Part shown: positions 34,975 through 42,845 of the stretch, piece by piece
How positions within the stretch are numbered: position 1 is the first letter of the stretch
Layout: every line of letters begins with the position of its first letter
From: Patescibacteria group bacterium
GTDB lineage: Bacteria > Patescibacteriota > Microgenomatia > UBA8517
Length of the DNA: 57,953 bases
Direction of reading: 5' to 3'
Assembly (NCBI GenBank): GCA_041480845.1
Contig: JBGPAU010000002.1
Span: 1 to 57,953, forward strand
Translations under genes and position numbers: made by a program
Notes under the pieces: model-generated
Databases searched by the model: none
What the model was told of the DNA's origin: nothing
The model's input: the letters and a program-made list of their open reading frames with translations, nothing else

Positions 34975-36079
34975 ATAAGTTATAAACGACGTAGTTGTAT
35001 GGAACTACTACAAAAATGAGTGCAAATACCAACGCCACCAGATGAACCAGGGATGTATCTCCGAATAATTTAGTTGCTCCCGAAACAATAAACGGCTGAA
35101 CAATAACAGCAAAAAGTGATGAGAAATTAAATTTAAGGAATTGAACAATCAAATCTTTAAATGAAGTAATAATTTTATCTTTAAAAGTCCAAATATTATT
35201 GAATATAAAGTTCGATATTATTGCCATTTCCGTCGCAAAAAGAGTGGCCCAGTAAGTTGTGAGTCCAAAACGCTTAAGGAATTCCAGTCCCAGATAATTG
35301 ACCACAAAGCCGGTAAAACCTACAACCGCAAACTTCAAAAATCTCATCTTATCTTTGATACCCAATATAATTGCCAGTTTAAATGTGGCAACCATTTCCT
35401 TCCAATTAAATTTGGATTTATCCGATACGCGTGACGCAAATTCGAGCGGGACTTCGACAGTTTTGCCCGAGTTTTTCATGGATTGATATAAGAGATCGAC
35501 TTTATAGGCAAACTTGTCCAAATCGCGTAATTTCTCCAAATCAATTTTATCTAGTACCCCTTTGACCCTTGTTAATCTGAAACCGGTCGTTAAATCATGA
35601 ATTTTGAAATTAAGAAGGACTGTACGAATAAATAAATTTCCAAAAAAGCTTACCGCTTTCCGACTTGCCGCCCACTCCTTGGGAACTGATCCACCTTTTA
35701 TGTATCTGCTACCGATAACATATTCGGCCCCGTTCAGGTACGCATCAACCATCGGCTTTACAAAACGCGGGGGATGCTGAAAATCGGCATCCATTTCCAT
35801 CACAGCATCCGCTTTAAGTTCGCGGACGGCATACTGCATTCCTCTTACATAAGCCCAGCCAAGACCGGATTTGTCCTGCTCAATAATATGAATGTTCGCA
35901 TAAGCTTTTGTAGCTTTTTCTACGATATCAGTTGTTCCGTCAGTTGAATGATTATCAACGATAAGCAGCTGCATATCAGCGTCGATTGCCGGAAACTCTC
36001 TTTTTACGAGTTCCTCGATTATTCTTTTGATATTTTCCGCCTCGTTCCACGCAGGCATCACAATCACAACTCTGCTCAT
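34931..36079 (-). CDS. GT2 polyprenyl-phosphate mannose/glucose synthase fused to a C-terminal GtrA-like membrane domain
   Basis: 382 aa. N-terminal part has VVIVMPAWNEAENI...LLIVDNHSTDGT and EMDADFQHPP. C-terminal part has FLKFAVVGFTGFVVNYLGLEFL plus 3-4 TM segments typical of GtrA. Confidence 0.8.
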   Translation of the reverse strand: MSRVVIVMPAWNEAENIKRIIEELVKREFPAIDADMQLLIVDNHSTDGTTDIVEKATKAYANIHIIEQDKSGLGWAYVRGMQYAVRELKADAVMEMDADFQHPPRFVKPMVDAYLNGAEYVIGSRYIKGGSVPKEWAASRKAVSFFGNLFIRTVLLNFKIHDLTTGFRLTRVKGVLDKIDLEKLRDLDKFAYKVDLLYQSMKNSGKTVEVPLEFASRVSDKSKFNWKEMVATFKLAIILGIKDKMRFLKFAVVGFTGFVVNYLGLEFLKRFGLTTYWATLFATEMAIISNFIFNNIWTFKDKIITSFKDLIVQFLKFNFSSLFAVIVQPFIVSGATKLFGDTSLVHLVALVFALIFVVVPYNYVVYNLFIWKTWELPWAKKS

Positions 36080-36087
36080 ACCGTTTA

Positions 36088-36096
36088 ACTTTATCA
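36088..36096 (-). promoter_or_regulatory. Extended -10 box TGATAAAGT, 8 nt before the ATG at 36079
   Basis: Minus-strand TGnTAnnnT match in the same divergent gap. Confidence 0.35.
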
Positions 36097-36104
36097 GCTT
36101 TCAC

Positions 36105-36113
36105 TGGTAAAAT
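36105..36113 (+). promoter_or_regulatory. Extended -10 box TGGTAAAAT, 9 nt before the trmD ATG
   Basis: TGnTAnnnT match in the 43-nt divergent gap 36080-36122. Confidence 0.4.
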
Positions 36114-36122
36114 ACAAGAAGT

Positions 36123-36749
36123 ATGAAAATTGATGTTTTAACACTTTTCCCCGAAATGTTCACGGGGCCTTTTGATGCCTCGATTATCAAACGTGCGCAA
36201 AGCAAAGGACTAATAGAAGTCTGTGTACACGATCTGAGGATTTGGGGTGAAGGCGCCAGGCGTAATGTAGATGATAGGCCTTACGGCGGAGGTGTGGGTA
36301 TGATACTCCGTGTAGATATCCTCGACACGGCAATCTCAAAACTAAAAACCCAAAACTCTAAAGTAATACTTTTCGACGCCACGGGAGAAAGATACACCCA
36401 AACTAAGGCTCAAGAACTTTCGAAACAGGAACATTTAATCCTAATCGCCGGTCACTATGAAGGAGTTGATCACCGGGTTCACGAACATTTGGTTAATGAG
36501 GTAATCTCAATCGGAGATTATGTTTTAACCGGAGGGGAAATTCCGGCAATGGTACTAGTCGATTCCGTTATCCGTCTACTTCCAGGGGTTTTGGGCAAAG
36601 ACGAGTCATCTGCTGATGAATCCCACAAGGAACCAGGCTATTTGGAATACCCACAGTACACACGCCCCGAAAATTACAAAGGCTGGAAAGTACCAAAAGT
36701 TCTTCTTTCCGGAAATCACAAGGAAATTGAAAAGTGGAGAAAATCTTAA
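36123..36749 (+). CDS. trmD: tRNA (guanine37-N1)-methyltransferase TrmD, short form
   Basis: 208 aa. Contains MKIDVLTLFPEMF, DDRPYGGGVGMIL, GHYEGVDHRV, VLTGGE and LLSGNHKEIEKWR. It ends right after the WR motif. Confidence 0.9.
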   Translation: MKIDVLTLFPEMFTGPFDASIIKRAQSKGLIEVCVHDLRIWGEGARRNVDDRPYGGGVGMILRVDILDTAISKLKTQNSKVILFDATGERYTQTKAQELSKQEHLILIAGHYEGVDHRVHEHLVNEVISIGDYVLTGGEIPAMVLVDSVIRLLPGVLGKDESSADESHKEPGYLEYPQYTRPENYKGWKVPKVLLSGNHKEIEKWRKS

Positions 36750-38518
36750 TTTTCCTTCTTCCACCTCGAAGCTGGAGCGGTAACTCTACCAAGTTTTTGA
36801 CCGGCCCACAAAATTGCGGTTACAAGAAAATATTGTAACGGTCCGTGATACCATTTTGCGGCTTTTACCAATCTTTCGTTTGATAAACCGAGACCGGCTT
36901 TTTTTGATGCCTGACCGTGATGATGAATAAAATCTGCATCCGGAACATAATAAACCGGAATATTGTTTTCTTTTGCCCTCCGACAATAATCAATGTCTTC
37001 AAAATACATAAATGTTGCCTCCTGTAACATTCCAATTTCATCTTTTACACGATCTGGTATTAGAAAACAGGCCATTACGGCACCTTCTACTTTAGTAATA
37101 TTTTTGTCGGGAGGGGGAAACATAAAATAACTCCCATGACGGCCTAAAAAATATTCCTCAAAGGCATGCCAGGGCGTTGGTAGCATAAAACATGAGTCTT
37201 GGAGTTTGCCATCGTCAAAAAATAATCTGCCACTATATATGGCTCTGTCTCCGTATTTCTTTTCTGCCTCGAGAATATTCGTTATACCATTCGGCATAAC
37301 TTCTATATCAGAATTAAGCATTAGAATATTTTTACCCAACGAAAAATTGATCATTTGATTATTCCCGGCCGCAAAACCATTATTTTCTTTATTTGAAATA
37401 AACTTAACCTGAGGGTAAGCGGATTGCACCTCTTTTCGACACGGATCATCAGGAGAATTATCCAGAACAATAACTTCTGCGCCTTCCCCAATATCACTAA
37501 ACCCCGATTTTCTATCATAGATACTTTTTAACAGTCGAAGAATTAAATCGGTTGTTTTGTAATTAATAATGATGATAGAAAGCTCAAGTGGATATTCTAC
37601 ATTCTCAGGTTGTTTAGCCCCTTTCCATCCCCACATTCCCCGAAAATAATCGATAATTCCCTCCCTTTGCGCCGGTCTTCCTGTAATCAAAAGCCTAAAA
37701 GCTTCCCTAAATAGGGCAAATTTTGTTCTGAAACCGGCATATTTGCTTCCAAACCATAACCTGTTCCTTGTAATGAGATAGTCGCTCCAGGAAGATCCGA
37801 TTCCAGTAGTCCGCGATACTTTATGATAAATATAAGTGCTGCCTACATACCACTGTTCGTATTCTGCACGTTTTATCCGCTCGATCCAATCTGCATCTTC
37901 ATAGTAAGCAAATAATTTCTTTTCAAAATAACCAACTTTCTCAAGTACCTCGCGTTTTACAAGAACACAGCATCCTGTCGTGAAACCCGTTTTCTCTGTT
38001 TTATTAAACTGCCCTTCATCGACTTGGTCTATACCTCTATGGACAGACCTGACATTATCCCAATCAAAACTGCCCCCTGCATACCAGATAACTCTTCCCC
38101 AGTCCTTTTTTGTATATTTCTCTTTATAAAATTCAAATTCAGGAGCGAAATAAATTTTCGGTGAAACGAGTCCGGCTTTTGGATTATCTTCAAACACCTC
38201 AAGCATCTTCTTTAATAAATTCTTGTCCGCTAGAAGTGTATCGTTATTAATAATCAAGATAAAATCCGCACCCCACTCCTTTGCATATTTCATCCCGATA
38301 TTAAATCCACCCGCAAATCCCAAATTCTTACCCGTCTGCTTCCAGACAACATTCGAAAATTTTTCTATAACTCCGCGTACCGAAATATCAGAGCCGTTAT
38401 CAACCACAAGCCATAATACTTCCAAACCGTCTGTATCCAGGTTTTTTGATGATTCAAGATACTCTTCAGTATCCAGGTGATTATTAAAGTCTACCGTGAC
38501 AACTGCTACTTTAGTCAT
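36746..38518 (-). CDS. Double-domain GT2 glycosyltransferase (two tandem GT2 modules, rhamnosyltransferase-like)
   Basis: 590 aa. First module has VAVVTVDFNN...VVDNGSDI and YEDADW. Second module has LSIIIINYKT...VLDNSPDD and FEDIDYCRR. Confidence 0.8.
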   Translation of the reverse strand: MTKVAVVTVDFNNHLDTEEYLESSKNLDTDGLEVLWLVVDNGSDISVRGVIEKFSNVVWKQTGKNLGFAGGFNIGMKYAKEWGADFILIINNDTLLADKNLLKKMLEVFEDNPKAGLVSPKIYFAPEFEFYKEKYTKKDWGRVIWYAGGSFDWDNVRSVHRGIDQVDEGQFNKTEKTGFTTGCCVLVKREVLEKVGYFEKKLFAYYEDADWIERIKRAEYEQWYVGSTYIYHKVSRTTGIGSSWSDYLITRNRLWFGSKYAGFRTKFALFREAFRLLITGRPAQREGIIDYFRGMWGWKGAKQPENVEYPLELSIIIINYKTTDLILRLLKSIYDRKSGFSDIGEGAEVIVLDNSPDDPCRKEVQSAYPQVKFISNKENNGFAAGNNQMINFSLGKNILMLNSDIEVMPNGITNILEAEKKYGDRAIYSGRLFFDDGKLQDSCFMLPTPWHAFEEYFLGRHGSYFMFPPPDKNITKVEGAVMACFLIPDRVKDEIGMLQEATFMYFEDIDYCRRAKENNIPVYYVPDADFIHHHGQASKKAGLGLSNERLVKAAKWYHGPLQYFLVTAILWAGQKLGRVTAPASRWKKEN

Positions 38519-39417
38519 ACAAATTTCAATATATCATGGTAAATGCCGGCGCGGAGTTTATCTCCAATTAGACTAAAAATTAGCCACCTCTCTGCTACCC
38601 CAAACCAAATAACAACTTTCATCATTAAATCGTAATTCGGGTAGTATCTTTTAAGGTAGTACTTTAGACCTTGGATCTCACGAGTCAAGGGTTTTCCTTT
38701 ATCAAAACCTGAGCTAGCTTTGTCCAAGTGGGTAATTTCAAATGAGGGTGTATACCAAATTTCAAATTTCAGGTTATTAATCCTACGGCACCATTCAACC
38801 TCCTCCATATACATAAAAAAATTTTCATCAAAACCTTTGGTTTTCTCTACAACCTCACGCTTCATAAATAAAAATGCCCCCATAACCCAGCCCACCTGAC
38901 GATCTTTCTCAAAAAATTGTTTTTGTCTTGGATGAACCGGTCTTACCGAAAATCTATCCAAACCGAGCATCCAGAGAACTGTATTAAAAGGGTCAGGCAA
39001 AAAACCGGCTGATGGCTGCATTCTGCCATCTCCAAATTTCAATCTGCAACCCAACACGTCACAGCTTTCACTGTCCTTTATAAATTGGGTGGCTCTTGAT
39101 AAAGTTTCAGGAGCGACTAATACGTCTGTGTTAAGAAATAAATAATATTTTGTTCTTTTGTTTGAGGCTTTAATACCTAAATTGTTACCTTTGGCAAATC
39201 CTAAGTTTTCAGCAGGTTCCAAAAGTTTTACCCAAGAATATTTATCTTTAATAACGTTTCCCGTTCCATCCATTCCGTTTTCAATAACAATTGTTTCAAC
39301 AGGTCTTCCTAAGTAATCAATACTTTTTTTCAGTTTGTCTAAACACTCACAAGTCAAACCCTTGGTATTATATGTACAAATAATTACTGTTATTTCAGGA
39401 GTTGCGTCTTTATGCAT
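38515..39417 (-). CDS. GT2 glycosyltransferase (rhamnosyltransferase-like)
   Basis: 300 aa. Contains ITVIICTYNT, VIENGMDGT, GFAKGNNLG and MEEVEWCRR. Confidence 0.8.
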   Translation of the reverse strand: MHKDATPEITVIICTYNTKGLTCECLDKLKKSIDYLGRPVETIVIENGMDGTGNVIKDKYSWVKLLEPAENLGFAKGNNLGIKASNKRTKYYLFLNTDVLVAPETLSRATQFIKDSESCDVLGCRLKFGDGRMQPSAGFLPDPFNTVLWMLGLDRFSVRPVHPRQKQFFEKDRQVGWVMGAFLFMKREVVEKTKGFDENFFMYMEEVEWCRRINNLKFEIWYTPSFEITHLDKASSGFDKGKPLTREIQGLKYYLKRYYPNYDLMMKVVIWFGVAERWLIFSLIGDKLRAGIYHDILKFV

Positions 39418-40312
39418 AATTTATCCCCTTTTCGATTTTCCACAAACGATATTTTTCTAAAATGGAAATTCCCAATTTTACGATAATCATAATGGGCCAC
39501 GGTCCCAGTTCTTTCGAGTGCTTATTGACAAATATCCTCATTGCCATCGCGGCTGATTTTGCCGATTTTATTTTTGTTTCTTTAGCTACAACCACTTTTG
39601 ATGTAGACCATAGACCGGAAGATGACCCTTTATAATGCACCATTATTTCTGACGGTTCATACCAAATCTTATAGCCCGCTTTTTTTATTCTGTAGCAAAG
39701 CTCTATATCTTCACCATTCCACCAGTAGTCTTCATCCCACCAATTAATTTTATCCAATACTTTCCGTTTAATCATTAAGAATGTTCCAGAGATGCAATCA
39801 ATAAAGTGGTCTTCATTTGTATCTAAATATGTGGCCTCATATCCGGCAAGGAGCTTTACTTTAGGAAACAGCTTTGAAAGTCTTGTCCAATAACAGATAG
39901 AATTCCAAATCGTAGGAAGTCCCCTGTGACATGAATAATCAAGTTTTCCGTTAGGAAGCATAACCTTACAGGTTATAGCCCCTAGCTCACCCCGGTTTGT
40001 CAGAATTTCCAAACATTTTTTAATCGCCCTGCCTTTTACCTCAGTGTCTGGATTTAAAAACAAAACCACGTCACCCTTAGTAATTTTTCGAGCCAAATTA
40101 TTGCCCACCGCAAATCCCGTATTTATATCACTTGTAACCAGGTCTACTTCAGGGAAATTTTTCTTGACCATATCGATACTGCCGTCAGACGAAGCATTAT
40201 CAACCACTATTATTTGAAGATTTTTTTCATTATAGGAGTCATAAACAGCCTGAATAGCTTTCTTCAGCAATTTTTCTACATTATGAGATAGAATTACTAC
40301 GGACAAGGTCAT
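39410..40312 (-). CDS. GT2 glycosyltransferase (rhamnosyltransferase-like)
   Basis: 300 aa. Contains LSVVILSHN, VVDNASSDGS, GFAVGNNLA and GEDIELCYR. Confidence 0.8.
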   Translation of the reverse strand: MTLSVVILSHNVEKLLKKAIQAVYDSYNEKNLQIIVVDNASSDGSIDMVKKNFPEVDLVTSDINTGFAVGNNLARKITKGDVVLFLNPDTEVKGRAIKKCLEILTNRGELGAITCKVMLPNGKLDYSCHRGLPTIWNSICYWTRLSKLFPKVKLLAGYEATYLDTNEDHFIDCISGTFLMIKRKVLDKINWWDEDYWWNGEDIELCYRIKKAGYKIWYEPSEIMVHYKGSSSGLWSTSKVVVAKETKIKSAKSAAMAMRIFVNKHSKELGPWPIMIIVKLGISILEKYRLWKIEKGINYA

Positions 40313-40320
40313 ATGAGGCT

Positions 40321-40326
40321 ATTATA
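40321..40326 (-). promoter_or_regulatory. -10 hexamer TATAAT, 8 nt before the ATG at 40312
   Basis: Consensus hexamer overlapping the rfbD stop codon. Confidence 0.3.
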
Positions 40327-41221
40327 CAGCTCTATAGACAAGCTTATCTACTATCTGCTTCCAGGAGCTGAATTTAATTTCTAATTCTTTTTCAGTCCTT
40401 ACCACCTTCAGCCCCCCAAATTTTGGGTATCTAACTGGACTATCTGCATTTTTAAGAAAATCGTCAATACTAATTCCTTTTACCGCTTCTTTCTTACCTC
40501 TTACCCTCTCAATCAAATAAGACACCAGTTCAAATGGGGTTGCTGTATCACTAGAGCTGGCATGAAATATTCCCTTAAGATTTCCGTCAATAATTTTTTC
40601 TAAAGCCTTGGCAACCTCGTCTACAAATGCAATTGAGACTTGCTGATCGATAAACATTGGGTGAAGCTTCCCTTCATCATATAGAGAGAGTGGTTTTCTT
40701 AAATAATCGAGCTTCAAGTCATATTTGACACTCACAGGATAAATTAACCTTAAAATCGTCGCATCTTTCCCAAACCTCTTAATTACTTCCTTTTCTCCAA
40801 GATTTTTTGTGTAGCCGTACCAAGTTAGTTCATCCTCTTTATAAGAACTCGGATGGTTTTCTTCATAAGGTCCTGGGTCTTTCCCAGATCCCGAAAAAAT
40901 CATATCTGTCGAGATCTGAATAAAATGACAATCGGCAGGAAGTGCCTCAATCAAGTTCTCAACTCCGACAACATTTATTCTGTAACAATCAGCGTTTTTA
41001 TCGCCTCTTTGTTTTTCAGCCTCGCCAACATTCGTATACGCGGCAAAGTTTACCACGGCATCAGGATTTACGCGCCTAACAGTTTTGGCCACATCTTCTT
41101 TATGTGTCAGGTCAAATTGGGGATACCCCGGAGTTATAAAATCATACTTATTTTTATAAAGTTCAATAAATTTGGATCCAACCAAACCAGAGGCGCCCGT
41201 AACTAATATTTTCTTCATCAT
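40322..41221 (-). CDS. rfbD: dTDP-4-dehydrorhamnose reductase (RmlD-type SDR)
   Basis: 299 aa. Contains KILVTGASGLVGS, ISTDMIFSG and YGYTK (YxxxK). Sits directly downstream of rfbA and the rfbB-rfbC fusion. Confidence 0.75.
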   Translation of the reverse strand: MMKKILVTGASGLVGSKFIELYKNKYDFITPGYPQFDLTHKEDVAKTVRRVNPDAVVNFAAYTNVGEAEKQRGDKNADCYRINVVGVENLIEALPADCHFIQISTDMIFSGSGKDPGPYEENHPSSYKEDELTWYGYTKNLGEKEVIKRFGKDATILRLIYPVSVKYDLKLDYLRKPLSLYDEGKLHPMFIDQQVSIAFVDEVAKALEKIIDGNLKGIFHASSSDTATPFELVSYLIERVRGKKEAVKGISIDDFLKNADSPVRYPKFGGLKVVRTEKELEIKFSSWKQIVDKLVYRAV

Positions 41222-41230
41222 CTGATTGAA

Positions 41231-41267
41231 AAGCTTCGCTTACCTCACAAGTGGCAAGCTTCGCTTA
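41231..41267 (-). promoter_or_regulatory. Two copies of TAAGCGAAGCTT (41231-41242 and 41256-41267) in the gap upstream of rfbD
   Basis: Plus strand reads AAGCTTCGCTTA twice, 25 nt apart. The distal copy includes the rfbB-rfbC stop codon. The proximal copy ends 9 nt before the ATG at 41221. Confidence 0.5.
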
Positions 41268-42845
41268 TCTTCCCATGAATTTATCAGGAAACACGTCCCT
41301 TAATCTAGGGTTACTTTTGTCTCTAGCCGAAATAACAGGTTTCTTGACCGGCCAATCTATCGCTAAATCAGGATCATTCCAAGCAATAGCGGTTGTGTCC
41401 TTACCATTGTAATACTCATCAACCAAATAAAAATATTCAACATCTTTCTTCCCCGTCACACATATTGAGTTTGCAACACCTTTGGGGATAAACAAGGCTT
41501 TGTGACTCTTTTCATCAAAACTAAATGTTTCCACCTTTCCAAAAGTTGGTGAGTCGGGTCTGATATCTACAAGTGCGGAAAACATTTTGCCGGTCGCCGG
41601 ATAAACCAGCTTATTCCAGTTCTCGGCGTGCAGAGCCCTAATTACCCCCGGCTTTGATTTGGCATGATTCCATTGCTTAACATTGAACTCAAACTTGTTT
41701 ACTTTTTCTAAGGCATTAAGCCTGACATTTTCCCTAAAAAAACCTCTATTGTCTTCGAAAGTGGGCATTTCAATTACTAAAAGCCCGGGAATTGATGTTT
41801 CTTTTATGTATTCTGCAAATTTTTCTGCCTGACGCCCCTCCTCGACTCCGTTATAGAATTTTTCGGAGTCTTCCTTAATCGGCCTCCACCAGGCCTCGTT
41901 TTCCCTAAACCACTTAACAGTTTCGGCGAGTTTGGCCTCAAAATCACGTGAGGGTTCCCAACCAAGCTCCTTTTTGATCTTTGAATAATCAATGGAGTAT
42001 CTCCTGTCGTGACCAGGTCTATCTTTAACAAACTCAATATAGGAATCGTCTCTACCAAATAACTTCAAAAGCATTTTTGCAACAGCCAAATTATCAACTT
42101 TGTCATTGCCACCACCCACAAGATATGTCTCACCACTCTTGCCCCTATGTAAAACCGTATCAACCGCCCGGCAGTGATCACCAACATAAATCCAATCGCG
42201 AATGTATTTTCCGTCGCCGTAAATCGGGATTTTCTTTCCGTCAATTAAATTGGTAATGGCACGGGGAATAAATTTCTCAGTATCATGAAATGGCCCAAAA
42301 TTGTTTGAGGAATTGGTAATTATTGCATCCATTCCGAAAGTCTCGTGATAGGCACGAACCAAGTGGTCCGAGGCTGCTTTACTGGCCGAGTATGGACTTC
42401 TGGGATCGTAAGGGGTATTCTCCGAAAACTTTTCTTTTCCGGTTAAAGGAAGTTCTCCAAAAACCTCATCTGTCGAAATATGATGAAACCTCTCAACCTT
42501 ATTTTTAAGACAAGCGTCCAAGAGATTTCGGGTTCCCAGGACATTTGTTAAGATAAAGTTTTCCGGGTTTTCAATGGATCTGTCCACATGGGTTTCGGCG
42601 GCAAAATTAACAACATGCGTAATTTTATTTTCCTTCATAACCGTGTCAACTCTATCCCGATCGGCAATATCGCCCTTAACAAATTTATAATTTGGGTTTA
42701 ACTCCACATCGCTCAAACTCGATAGATGCCCGGCGTAAGTAAGTTTGTCATAATTAACAACAAAATAATCCGGATATTTATTCAAAATATAGCGAATGAA
42801 GTTAGAACCAATAAATCCTGCGCCCCCGGTTACAAGAAGTCTCAT
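41265..42845 (-). CDS. rfbB: Fusion protein: dTDP-glucose 4,6-dehydratase (RmlB) N-terminal + dTDP-4-dehydrorhamnose 3,5-epimerase-like cupin (RmlC) C-terminal
   Basis: N-terminal part has MRLLVTGGAGFIGSNF, STDEVFG, YSASKAASD and PGHDRRYSID. C-terminal part has IPGLLVIEMPTFEDNRGFFRE...IRALHAE...FIPKGVANS. The ATG at 42845 forms an ATGA overlap with the rfbA stop. Confidence 0.85.
   Translation of the reverse strand: MRLLVTGGAGFIGSNFIRYILNKYPDYFVVNYDKLTYAGHLSSLSDVELNPNYKFVKGDIADRDRVDTVMKENKITHVVNFAAETHVDRSIENPENFILTNVLGTRNLLDACLKNKVERFHHISTDEVFGELPLTGKEKFSENTPYDPRSPYSASKAASDHLVRAYHETFGMDAIITNSSNNFGPFHDTEKFIPRAITNLIDGKKIPIYGDGKYIRDWIYVGDHCRAVDTVLHRGKSGETYLVGGGNDKVDNLAVAKMLLKLFGRDDSYIEFVKDRPGHDRRYSIDYSKIKKELGWEPSRDFEAKLAETVKWFRENEAWWRPIKEDSEKFYNGVEEGRQAEKFAEYIKETSIPGLLVIEMPTFEDNRGFFRENVRLNALEKVNKFEFNVKQWNHAKSKPGVIRALHAENWNKLVYPATGKMFSALVDIRPDSPTFGKVETFSFDEKSHKALFIPKGVANSICVTGKKDVEYFYLVDEYYNGKDTTAIAWNDPDLAIDWPVKKPVISARDKSNPRLRDVFPDKFMGR
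41278..41286 (-). promoter_or_regulatory. Extended -10 box TGATAAATT inside the 3' end of the rfbB-rfbC fusion
   Basis: Minus-strand TGnTAnnnT match, 10 nt upstream of the distal TAAGCGAAGCTT copy. Confidence 0.35.
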
